NCBI RefSeq assembly: GCF_006345805.1
Contig: NW_021836130.1
Location: 186,001 to 250,000, forward strand
Reading direction: 5' to 3'
Source: Octopus sinensis
Lineage: Eukaryota
DNA: 64,000 nucleotides
The notes below the pieces were generated by a model. The model was not told the origin of the DNA. It was given only the letters and a program-made list of their open reading frames with translations, and did not search any database. Made by a program: the position numbers and the translations under genes. This document shows, in pieces, positions 13,006 to 25,048 of this stretch; the stretch's first letter is position 1, and each line of letters starts with the position of its first letter.

Positions 13006-13600
13006 TGACTGAGCATGAAACCTGAGTGTGCGTGTCGTAGGCTACAGGTTGCTGTGGATGGACTTGTAAACTGGTGTGGGAGTAGGGGTCTAAAGATGCG
13101 TGCGGACAAGTGCAGTGTTCTCAAAGTCTGTAAAAGGACGAGGGGTTACACTAATTACGCCCCTAGGTTATTGCTGAACGGGTCAGCAATTGCTCAGTTG
13201 ATCGGATGACTTATTTGGGCGTGCTCTTTAAGCCGTCCGGTAAGTTTGATGATCACATTGCACGTACGAAAATGCGTGCAATGCAGCGATTAGGCGCGTT
13301 GCGTGCTTTCCGGCTGCGGAGAGGTGCTTAGCTACGTGTGTTTAACGCCATAGTGTTACCCGTGTTGACCTATGGCGTACATGCCTGGCACTTCTGATTG
13401 TTTACGTTCTTCTGCGAGGACCGGGAGAAGTACGTTGACGCGCTCAAGAAAGTCAGAAGACGAGCCATCCGGCTAGCCCATGGCTTAGGATGGCGAGTAG
13501 AGCTCTCGGACACCCAGGAATTGTCCCTCAAAGGCTTCCCTAGGGTCTTAGAAAAGATAATGTCTGGGTGGCAGGTAAGGCGATAAGTCTTAGTGCCGAA
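13005..13600 (+). mobile_element. Degenerate non-LTR reverse-transcriptase fragment (CR1/Jockey-like)
   Basis: LQVAVDGLVNWC..GLKMRADKCSVL, then YLGV-like and FNAIVLPVLTYG motifs broken by frameshifts. GC content higher than the flanks. Confidence 0.55.
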
Positions 13601-13921
13601 GATAGCATTTTTTTCAACCAAGTCATTCAAAGAGCTATTACTCGATTTTTTGTAAGGGCCATCTCCTTGTTTGTAAGAAACACAGGATAGTCTTTGAAAG
13701 GAACAAAGTGACAGTCCTGTTTTGTCGGAAAAGTTCTGTTTCCCCAAGCCTTCTTTTTTCAAAACGAAAGATCAGAGATTTGTCAGATTGTTTACGTTCT
13801 CACTGACCTGAAATTCAAAATCTCAAACGGTCAAAAATTTTAAAAACTAAATATTATTGATTTGAAGTTTGAAAAATAAACATAGGATTCAATTGTTTCA
13901 GCACACTTTCCATGTCAATTT

Positions 13922-14747
13922 AATTTTTTGGTGTAAAAATGAGGCTTTTCCTTTTAATGCCCCGCAACCACTGAAGCTCGCTTTGTTATCGAGTAGTCGC
14001 ATTTATATGCTTTTTGTTGTTTTTGTTGTGATACGTACGTTTGAGTTTATGAATTTCTATCCATATGGCCATACGGCCACTTATTATTTACTATTAAATT
14101 ACAAGTAAAGTGCTAATCACTGACAGTTTTAGTCTGCTACAATATTTTAATTTATTCGTCAATCTTTAGTTAATTCTTGCAAATGAGCTGTTTTATTTCC
14201 AATTCAGATTTTTCGTATTTATTAAACAAATTTATAATAATATTTACAAAATCGGTATTGTTCTTTTTTTAGTTTTAATTCTATTAATTTATTTAGAGCT
14301 TTATGCTAGAGTGAACTCTTTTTCTATGCTGAAGATATTGTCATTGTTGCTAAAAACAGATTTTATGAAAACCCATCCAAAAGGGTACAAGGAATACTTT
14401 ATTCATTAACTGTTTGGTTTAAACAACTACAGCCTGGCGGATTGCCAAACTGTTCCCCCGGATAACGGCGATCGAGAACCGTTGCAATAGCCAGTCTAGC
14501 TCCCGAGGATCGTGGGTACAGACTAAAACTGACATTAATTAAAATGTTCTAGCAGACTAAAACTGACATCGATTAGCTTTTTTCTTGTAATTTAATAGTA
14601 AAGAATAAGTGGCCGCATGGCCATATGGATAGTGTTCCATAAACATATAACAGTAAAAGCATTTAAATGCGACCAGTCGAGTTGAAAGCGGCCTTCAGTG
14701 GTTGCGGGGCATAAAATGGTAAAGCCTCTTTTTTAACACTAAAAATT
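13922..14747. repeat. Foldback-like element with ~210-230 bp imperfect inverted repeats
   Basis: 13922-14152 is the reverse complement of 14537-14747, e.g. ATGCCCCGCAACCACTGAAG / CTTCAGTGGTTGCGGGGCAT and TATCCATATGGCCAT / ATGGCCATATGGATA. Confidence 0.8.
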
Positions 14748-15149
14748 CAAACTTCAAATCAATTATAATAACTAGGGCGATTCTATTAAGCTAAAAAATA
14801 AAAATTTTAACCAAAAAATAACTTTATTAACCTAAAAGCTAAAAAAATTAACCGAAAAATTTAACTTAGTAACTAAACAATTTTTTAGTTAGAACTTGCA
14901 ACTAATACTTTTTCTGTAAATATTTTATTGTCTAGTTTTTGTCAATTGTCTTTTTTATTCTAAAATTACCTATTTCGTTCCATTTTATAAAATTTGAACA
15001 GAAAGACTTTAAAATCTGAAAGTTATGAAATTTATTATATAATAATCGAATAGTTACATAACAATTAATATAAATTCAAGTATCGGTAGTTAAATACATC
15101 CTGTTAAATTTGAATATAGTTTTATCAACACAAGTTAATTTAAAATTCT

Positions 15150-15285
15150 GCAGGAGCCATCTCGTCTCCAGAGGATTGTGTGTTCTCAGGTCTTGAGACG
15201 TCCAATACACTTGAGGAAGCACAACGACTCCTTTCCAATCAATCCCAGGGTTTCGACAGCAACCGGCCAGAGGAGTAACCAGTTT
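15150..15285 (-). mobile_element. Small CRE-like endonuclease fragment
   Basis: WPVAVETLGLIG..LKCIGRL, similar to the 216-1310 element. Confidence 0.45.
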
Positions 15286-16059
15286 AGAGATTTAAAATTC
15301 TTTTATTAAAAAATCATTCGTAACATAATAACATTCTAAATATACATTGAAAGAACATAAGCTGCAAATACAATTCAAGGATTCATTTTCATAAATGAAT
15401 CAATTTTTAATTTATCATATTAAAATCAAAAAACGTACTTATTAATCAAATGTGACAAATTCAAAGAAACAAACAAACCATTCAAACAATATAATTTATT
15501 TGATATAATGTTCTCATAAAAAACGACATAATCCAACTTGTATTCCATCATTAATTTCAATTGAATAAATTATTTTTATATGAGTCAATAATTGTGTAGT
15601 ATAAATTTGAAGGTAAATATTAAATCTGCAACAAATAAACAACAATCGGTATTAATAGGAGTATTAGCACCATCAGTATGCATAAATTGAGATCAACAAA
15701 ACAAATTAATAACTGAATCACTATCGACAATCTCCTCATAGTTTTCCTTTATCGTATCTTCGTCCGCCTTATCTTCACTTTCTTTTGAATATTTATAGAA
15801 TCCGATTTTCTTTTAAATTAAATGAATATATTTGTGACGAGGTTGGCCAGAACAGTGAATTTTGTGATTGTAGTCTCCGTACAATTTTTCATGCATTTTT
15901 GATCAATTTTTAGAGTGTTAATACGATTGATTTTTCATATGCTCCCAGTGCCTAATTTCAAACATGTCCAACATACCACAGAGTCTCGGATAGGATTAGT
16001 GCGTATATTGTCGCTCATGTTGATTAACACGGCAAGATATTAGATGTCACGTGTGTATG

Positions 16060-16230
16060 GAATGAATTGACAGTTCTTGCTGAAACAGCAATCCAGCTTC
16101 TATGTAAATTACAAAGTGAGTGTTGGCAACGGCGGAAGAAAGGAGTGTCTGATAACTTTCGTAGCAGTTATTAAAATTGGTGTATTATTTGTATTGACGT
16201 TATAGAATGATGTAATTTTATTAAATTAAT
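16060..16230 (+). repeat. Dispersed repeat with a second copy at ~20763-20935 (15357-15410 also recurs at ~20703-20750)
   Basis: Near-identical GGAATGAATTGA..AGCTTCTATGTAAATTACAAA..GTGAGTGTTGGCAACGGCG..TATAGAATGATGTA in both places. Confidence 0.75.
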
Positions 16231-16369
16231 AGAAAATGTCATTTTATGCAATTCAACAACAGTAAAACTGCCAAATTTTCCTGAAAAGTTTGTCGTAGAT
16301 TATCGACTTTCTATACAAATATGCTAGGAATAATATTTTACAAATGCAAAATATAAAAAAATTGATTCA

Positions 16370-17650
16370 CGTTGACAAGATTTTCATTATTAAAAAAATT
16401 GTGTTAATCGTAATATGTGACTGGTTTGCGTGATACCTATGGGCCGCGTGATACCTGACGTGACCTTGTTTATTCCACTTATTCCCGTATCTTTCAAAGG
16501 GCTTTCTTAGAAGATGAGTGGACAGAATGTTATAACTGTACACTGCATTTTCTAATTTTTCCAGCCACTTTTTATTATCATTGTCGATCATTTTTTGCCA
16601 TTTTTCTTGTATTGACTGGTTGAAGCGTTCGACAATCCCATGTGAGCGGGATTGTTTGGCCTTCCGTGAATTCGTTTGATATTGAATTCCTCACATAGAT
16701 TGGTCATTTCACGATTCTTGAATTCAGTCCCATTATCGACTGAAGAAATTGACGCGGACCATTTAAGAAAAATATGATCTGAGGTTTTCACAAACTTCAT
16801 TTGAGGACTTAGTGTAGAGCGGCCTCGCAAATGCAAATCTATAAAAATTGTTAAAAAACTAACCTGCTATATACGTCAATGACCGTTAAAATCCATTTAA
16901 AATTTTTCAGATCTATAAGATCTATCTGAAATCTTTTATTTGGCAAGATGCAAACATGGTTATTTATATCTCCAATCTAGGATTTAAAAAAGTTAAAACT
17001 TTTAAGGGTCGCGCAATTTCAAATTTCACAGTTTCGAATGACTTTTCGAATAATCTCATTTTTAACTGTGAAATATCGTTGTCGACATTCATATTCAATT
17101 TTGTTAACTCCTCCATGCGAGAAGTCATGCAAACTTTTAGCAACGATCTCCATTTCGGGTTCATTGTCTAGACAAATCACTAGTTTGTGATCTGAATTCG
17201 CACATTTAAGATACCAATCTATACATTTACAATTTGTATGATACCTTTCATTAATTACAGTAAATTTCAATTTTCTTTAACTAGTCTATATTTTTTTGCT
17301 TTGTAAGATGTTCAGGAAATTTATCCTGTAAAGCATCTTTAAAATTTGATGTTCCAAACTATTCTTTACATAACCTTTGTACGAGGACATTGCTGCAAAA
17401 TACTTGTACGCTAGAAATACTCAAGAAATTTAGGTTTTCCACCAAAAAATTAATTTCTGATAATTAAATTCCTACAAATATATTTTTTTTGTCAAAATGC
17501 GCAGCCCATGTCATAATAGCTTCATCTATAACAAAAATTAGCTACCGTTAATATAGACAAAATTAGCTACCGTTATATAGACAAAAATCGATTCAATATA
17601 CCTGCTAGTGAGACAGCTAAGCCAACCGAAAATTAGTTCTGATTTTGACA
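16370..17650 (-). mobile_element. Ginger-like (KRBA2/SCAND3-type integrase) DNA transposon remnant with micro-introns
   Basis: H2C2-like LHDFSHGG..RNCEI; RFQIDLIDL..FKWILTVIDVYSRFAFARPL; DNGTEFKN; IHGRP; WLEKLENAVYSYN. Possible TGTCA terminus at 17646-17650. 25-bp tandem subterminal repeat at ~17533-17587. Confidence 0.7.
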
Positions 17651-17907
17651 GCATTAAATAAGAATAATCATTTACTACATAACTTGCTGTCTGTCCTCGT
17701 GGAATAAAACCAGAAACAACGCTAATCGTTACAATAAATATTTTTTATTTGAATGGTTTTCATATTAATCCAGCAAGAAAACAATATTTTTACCGAATGG
17801 AAAAATGTATAATCGGAAATTCATCGCTTAACAGGCAAACAACTAAAAAAATAATCGGTATGAATATTAATTGAGGCAATTATTAGAAGACATTAAACTT
17901 TAAATAG

Positions 17908-19825
17908 TTAATTAGTAAATTCCGAAAAACTGTCAAACGCGAAATTGATTTCTGTGTCAATTTCTTCAGCAATTCCGTACAAGTGTAAAAACCCATGAGG
18001 AAATCCGTCAATGACGCGAAGCTGAACATTGTGACCAATATCATAAAGACGCTTTGCCATAAAATCGAATCATCCAACAATGAGTCATAACTCCCCACCT
18101 ATTCTCGGTTATTAGGGCTTAATACAAATATTCTAACAGGAGGCAATGTCCTCAGTATTTCATCACTGAAATTAGCTGGAGAGACCCAAGGGTCGTTTCT
18201 AATGTCCTCGTCCAGAATTTTGGATGTAACGTCGCCTATCCAATACCCCAGATTGTATTTGGACAACATGGAATCGATAGTGTCCGAATCAAAACCAGAA
18301 AATTGAGGAACTCGCTGGTTTTCGGAACGAATATCAACCTTCAAATATGCTGCCAAATTTTCAATAAAAAGAACCAGAAATAGCAGCATAACTTGACGAA
18401 AATGAGACAACAAAATCAACAACTGAGAGAAAACGAGAAGGAGTTGCATTCAATGACAGTGAAAAGTAAGGATATGCCCAAAAAAGCACATCTGGCTTAC
18501 GTAGACCTTCCATTATAGTTTTAGCCGCAACTGTCAACACCAAATTCGCACCCGCACTATCACCGAACATAATAATTTTTCGACCTCTAGTGCCTATATT
18601 TATTAATATAATTTAACATACCAAGAAATTTAAGATTTTCAAGGGCCCATTTGTAAGAATAGAAACATTGATCAATCGCCTTTGGGAATGGAGCCGTTGG
18701 AGCAAGCGAGTAGTCAACAGAAAGAATGGGCAAATTGGTAGCTCGACTTAACGCAGTCAAATATGTCTATAAATACGAAATAAGAGACCACCAAGTGACT
18801 GGCAGATGTATGGGCGATGAACCCTCCCCCATGGAAGTGAATTATTAAATCGTCAGAAATATTCTCCGACACACTTTCTTTATCAAAAAACTAATAAAAT
18901 CACAACAAATAGAGAACATTGTAAGATATAAGTCGGACAGACACGGGATCCCCCTCAGGAGGGTGTATCAAAAATAGGTCATTGATTTTTGGGGAATGAA
19001 AACCATCGAACAATTTATTAAATGAAAGGCGATTCAAATTGTTAAGAAAAACTTGAATAAGAACTAGAAATACAGTAAACAGTGGTTTTTCAGTTAAATT
19101 CCAAACATCAGTAACTGCCTGCAAGTTCACAAATTATTAAAAAAAGCAATCTATGTGAATAAATGAATAAAAACAAATTTCGATCTGAGAAAATAGTCGG
19201 AGTTGGTCAATCTTGCAATGTCGAACATACTTGATAAAAAATTACCTTTCGTCGCCGTATTTTTGACTCGACAGGCCACAAAAAATGAAGCCAAGAGATT
19301 TAAAGGTTTGTGGAAGGCACTTGGAAACTCGAAAATTATCAATCAATATTACAAAAAATGCCATTTTTGAGCGAAAAAATACAGTTTGGTCAACTTGGTT
19401 TATCTTTTGATTACTTGCTCCATTTGCCGAGGATTGGAGCTGCTTGTATTTGGAGACACGAGTAGGTCCATCACATCAGCCAGTTTTAGCATCTGTTCTA
19501 GAATATCAACGTGCTGACGTAGATTATTTGTTTGGGCTTTGCTGTTGTATTTTTCTGTGGATATTTCGACGGTTATGTCATAGATTGGTTTGATTGACTT
19601 ATCCAAAATAGAGAAATAACTTCGAAGGCCATTGAAAGGAATTGATGGATGACAGTCAAATTGAGGAGCCTTTTCGTAAAGGTCAAAAAGTTTTTTTTCA
19701 AGTTCCGTATCAAAAAAAATATTTTGAAGACAAGTGGAAATATGATTTGGTACTTTTTCTAAATTTTTATCATCTTTTATGAATTCGCGAATGCGAGAGA
19801 ATAACACAGCTGTATTTGAGGTCAT
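17908..19825 (-). CDS. LIPE: Hormone-sensitive lipase family protein
   Basis: HSL N-terminal NGLRSY; HFHGGGF oxyanion motif (~18820-18842); VDYSLAP; GDSAG nucleophile; DSLLDDS; PHGFL after correcting a T-run deletion. Confidence 0.85.
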
Positions 19826-19929
19826 TAAATGAGAACAGTATAAATTTAATTCTTATAATTTAATGTAATAAAAATTATGATAAAGTTAAATAAAAATAAC
19901 TAATTCATATCAAATTAATAAAAGATGGA

Positions 19930-20560
19930 ATTCTCAACTTATACGTCATTTTTTGAACTATTCTTATTATTTCTGCAAACACTTCTTTATCCTAAGATTT
20001 TTGGAGTTGAGAGTCTTTCTGTTCACTTTTTAATCTTCTTTTATTGTCCTCGTCATGTCATTCGTTAAAGCGTCGTTCTTTGAATTCTTTATCAAATCAT
20101 TGACCTCAATCTTGTAATGTCGAACAAATCATTGACCTCAATCTGCTGACAGTAATCTTTGTCAATCCACCCATAGCTGCACTCAACTCGAATACTTTCT
20201 GGGATCTTTTTTATTAAACCGGTCTTTTGTAGAATTCTAAAAATAATCACTGATGAGCATTCGGTCACATTTTGTAGCCAAATAATCAATGTTTTTTACA
20301 ATGTTGGAATGAGTGCACTTTGATTCGGTTTTTCGAAAAATAAGTTCCGATCTCGAACAAACGTAGCATTCCTTCACATATATAAGCCACCGGAAAGACT
20401 CAGTAAGCTTCACATTTGTATTCATTAGACAATTAATAAATCTCTCCATAATCTCTTCTTCAGACTTTTATAAAGAGACTTTCAGTTTAAAGAAATTTAG
20501 ACGATTTTAGGATAAAGTTGCTAGTTTTTTAAAGTCTTTACTTTACGTCCTATTTCCTTA
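19930..20560 (-). mobile_element. Old degenerate relative of the RLE retrotransposon at 43904-47496
   Basis: NVKLTESFRWL..KCTH..KNIDYLATKCDRMLISDY aligns by eye with ADIVESNVWL..CNHC..KTVDHLATRCSRMLHGSY. Confidence 0.55.
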
Positions 20561-21489
20561 AAAAACCAAGTTTTAAATTTAGTGTCAATTAAGTTAAACT
20601 GTTGAAAAACATTTTCTGGCAGCAAAAATAAAATGGCTGTTTGCTCTGAATTGAAAATGCCGGGAATTCAACAAAATTCTCAACACAACAATCTTCTCAA
20701 CACAAGCTGCAAATATATTTCAAGGATTCATTTTTATGAATGAATCAATTTTGGATCAGTTTGGAATGAATTGAAAGTTCTCGCTGGAAACAGCAATCGA
20801 GCTTCTATGTAAATTACAAAAGTGAGTGTTGGCAACGGCGAAGGAAAGGAGTATCTAATAAGTTTCATAGCAGTTATTAAAATTAATGTGTTATTTATAG
20901 TGACGCTATAGAATGATGTAGTTTTATTGAATTAAAAAATAATTTCTAAATGGCTATATCTTTCCATGGAGGCAGACTTTTCATCTGGGATGTTGTGTGC
21001 TTCAATACCTTTTTTAAAATGCCTCTTGAAAGGAATTAAAGTCGACCTTGAACAATGCTAAATTAATCGCGTTTGAGACGAGTTATTGTCAGAAATAAAA
21101 GGCATTTTTGAACTAAAGTCGTGAACGTATATTTTAAGCTATTCAGGATGGAGGATAGTCCGTAGAGATAACATTTTTGAAATTTCTGTACATTAATTTG
21201 ATGTGTTTATATTTGTAGGGTAAATTTATTCGTTATTTGATTATAATTGATTTTTTGTTTATAAATTAGCAATAGTCAGTTCACTTACAAGACCAAAAAA
21301 AATTAAAAAGTTTAGTTAACATTATAAATTAAACGATGGAATTGAACACAATAAAGAAAGAGCCAGAGTTCTTTAATGTCTAAATTTAATTTTGAAAAAT
21401 GTAACTTTTGGTTATTAAAAAATTCAGATTTCATCGTTGCTGAGAGATTTTGATATGTTGGATAGGGATCCTATGTATTCATTCAAAAA

Positions 21490-22600
21490 ATTCGTGAATG
21501 ACAAATAAAATTTTCAACACGGGATAATATATCGAAGAAGAAATTTTGTAATTTTGGATAATGCTGGGTGCCATAAAACTGAGAATTATTCAAATATAAA
21601 TCGTTTAAATATCTTTCTGAAAATACGACAGCAATACTTCAACCTTGTTACATTTAAATTAAGTTATTATTTAACGAATTGATGAAATTACAGAAAATTT
21701 GTATATTTACATCGACTAGGGTTGTAATATTCTAGTCGTCTTTGATAAAACTGACCTAAATATTTTCTGTTTTTATTTTTTTAAGCATTGTTATCGTATT
21801 AAAATAAATATGTAGTAAAAAAATTTCTAACAGTCTCAGTTAAAAATGGTTTTTTAATGGAATTCGGTCAGATTATCTACAAAAAATTATTATTTCGCTT
21901 AGCTCAATAAATTTATATGTTTTCGCGAGGCTCGATGAAAATTTACAAAATGTCTTTTCCCGCATTCTATCTTACACAAAAGAGTCGACAATATAGCGTA
22001 CCATTCTCAAGAATCATTAATTCTTTAGGATAATCTTTTACAACAGCCTTAGCTTTTATTTGATACGATTTTGCTAACTTAGGCATGCCAAACAAAAATT
22101 TTAGAGGAAAAATATATTATTACAATGCGTCCTCGAATTGGGGAAAACCAAATAGCAGGGAAACCTTCTTTTTGGGGAAAACTTTGCTTTTGGAGAAATA
22201 TTTTCGCCTGTTTTTCCAAATTGTAATCAATAATTTTAAAATTTATTTAACCTGATAATTTAGTTAGTTAACTAATTAACCTGTTAAAAAATTGAAATTA
22301 TCAATTTTTAAAATTATTTTATAAATTTTATAAAGCCAATGCCTAGAAAACTAAGCAAGGATATATAAGGATAAAATGATTTGTGAAAGATTTAACATCT
22401 CTAAAGGAATGCTATACCTGCCAGCAAGGAAAGGAATCCTAGCTCAAGGCTTCTCAACATCCAAAGCGACAATTGGACACGAATTGAATGCCCAAGTTTA
22501 CAAGATTTTTCGTAATCTCAGGTCGAAAGGTTACCCAATCAAATTTCCAGTTTCTGGGATGATAACAGTATTTACTAACTATTATTAAATTTTAACTTTG
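21490..22600 (+). mobile_element. pogo/Tigger-like transposase remnants
   Basis: ILDNAGCH..NTTAILQP (DDE_1 motif) near 21545-21650. HTH/CENP-B-like ICERFNISKG..FRNLRSKGYPI at ~22340-22545, preceded by a TACA-starting terminal-like sequence at 22121. Confidence 0.55.
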
Positions 22601-23515
22601 GTACCTAGTCCGCTCTATTTATAACACAGGCCCGTAAAAGTTGTAAGGTGTATCCATCTAAATTTGTGTCGAATCTATGGTATTAAAAGTGGAAGAAAGA
22701 TGAAAGTACACAATTGAAGGCGGAGAGATAGACAATTTTATTCAAGAAAAATAGACGTGCATTTTTGAGAGAACTTTATTAAGGTAGGAAATAATAATTT
22801 CTTGATGCTCCTCTGCAAATTTGGTTCTCAAGGAAAGATATATCCAAGTGAATGGACATAATAAATCCGCTACGAATTTTATGCAATCGATTGTTAAAGA
22901 CGCTAGTTACATGCTTCCTACAGATCAACTATATAACCGACTTGATGGGCGATTAATTACCTACAAGAGGTTGCGAAGAGAACCAATTTCCAGGAATTCT
23001 CCGGAAATATAGAAAAAAATATTTTTGTTGAATTATCAACGTAATACAAATAGAAAAATACATTTGTACCAAACAAATTTCAATCTCTTTACATTAAAAA
23101 AATTCTACCGATCCTATATAGAATCACGTGTGATGGTTCCAGTAAGGGCAAGAAAAGGAGTGAATTTTAACGTCATTTTGAAATTTTTACAGAAATGCAG
23201 AAAAAATCATCGCAAATTGTATGATTAGGATTCCATTAACCTGATTAATAAAATTTTCTTTATTAACTCTCATCTTGATTTAGCCGATTAGAAAAAGTCC
23301 TTATGTGTGTCCTTTATAAAAATATTTGTCAAAATTAATCTAAAAAATGTCAAAATTGAATATCGCATTATCAAAATTGACATAAAAATTGTCAAACTTG
23401 AACTGAAAATATAGATGCTTTGTAGATTTTGCTGATTTACGTCGTTATTATTTTCTAAATGAGAACTATTCCTGGATAATTTAGTCTAAAATAGATTACA
23501 GTTCTAATTAATATA

Positions 23516-24856
23516 TGTCACCGTCCAGACCGGCCGAGGCGCCATATCGGTTAGGTCAATTATCTAAATACAAAACAAATATTTTTCCTACAAAACATTT
23601 CATTGCAAAAAAATATTGATAATAAAAAAATAAAATCTTATTAATAAAAAAGTTCTAAAAAGTTGAAAAGATTAGCATTAATCAATGGTTTTAGTTGAAT
23701 TAACTCGAGACACCCTCGAAAAATTAGGGAGTATTTGGAATCAGGCCACCTTGATGATTCCTTGAGTTCGGAAGAAAGGGCACGAATACGGAGATATGCC
23801 AAAAAATTTAGTTTCAAGGAGAACAACACCTACATTTCTAAAAATGGCTCAAAGTTGCGTTTTTTTGTATCGAAGACACTGAACTTAAGTTAAAATTCAT
23901 TGAAGGAGTGTATTTGTTTATTTAAATTAGGCTCCACGAGTGCATCAAATGGAAATTTTGAATGCTATAAAACATGCGTGAAGAAAATAGCAAGAGACTA
24001 CAATAAATCCGTCCACGAAACAACAAAACAAAGGCCTTTTGACCTCTTGTTCGGAACTGATTTGGAGAAACCAAATAAAAAACTAACAATTCTGAGGTCG
24101 TGAAAAAGGAACAAAGCCCTTGAAAATATTGTAAAATCGGGAGAAAAAATGAAAAGGCGGAGAAAATGGAAATATGACGAAGTTGAAAGTGGCGATGAAA
24201 TTTTAATACGCCATGATGGGGATGCAAACCCGGGTTATAGAAAATACCCATTATACGACGAGATATCTGCACAAAAATATATTGTGAAAAATAGGGATCG
24301 AGAACTCGTAACGATAATTAATGAAGAGGATGACAAAGACCAAAGGATACATATTAGCAGAGTAAAAAAAATTTAACTCCAAATATTCATGGGGTTCGTT
24401 CTGTGTTTTTTCTCGTGTCATATTTACTTAATTGTGAAATAATTGTGCCATTGTTACAAATTCGACGTGGCCGAAGGCCGCATAGGGAAAAATATTCACA
24501 TTGAATCATCCGGCCGTAGGCCGGATTGTATTTTAGAGTTTTAATGATAAAAATAGAAATTTACAACATTTTTAAAAATTAAAAATGGATTTTTCTAATA
24601 AACTTTATTGTTGAGAATTGTTTGGCTAACCTTGGTTAAAGCGTTTTTAAATAAAATGCAATGTCAATACGGTAATTATCCGGAAATGACTGGATGTTGG
24701 TTTTTTATGAACTCAGTAACTCCAATATTTTGGCAAAAATAATATTAAAATCAACAAAAGAATGAACAGAAAAAGAAAATAACTTCCGAAAGGTAGTTTT
24801 TATTAAAAATTTTATACATAACCGATCTGGCGCCCCGACCTATCTGGACGGTGACA
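23516..24856 (+). mobile_element. Internally deleted Ginger2/Tdd-like DNA transposon with TIRs and 5-bp TSD
   Basis: Imperfect ~38-bp TIRs TGTCACCGTCCAGA..GGCGCCA.ATCGGTTA at both ends. Flanked by ATATA/ATATA (23511-23515, 24857-24861). Retains transposase N-terminus (REYLESG..RIRRYAKKF) and C-terminus (DYNKSVHETTKQRPFDLLFG); DDE core missing. Confidence 0.85.
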
Positions 24857-25048
24857 ATATATTTTCTAAATTCAGTTAGGAAATCTCCCAGCAAGATACT
24901 ACAATTTTAAATATATTTTGTGTCTAATCAGACCACCTAATTCAAAAATCAGCAACTACAAAACGCCCAAAACCAGCACAAAAATAACAATAAAACTATC
25001 CCAATAAACTTTAGTTTAAACCCAAAATAAAGTCAAAAAACCAGACAA

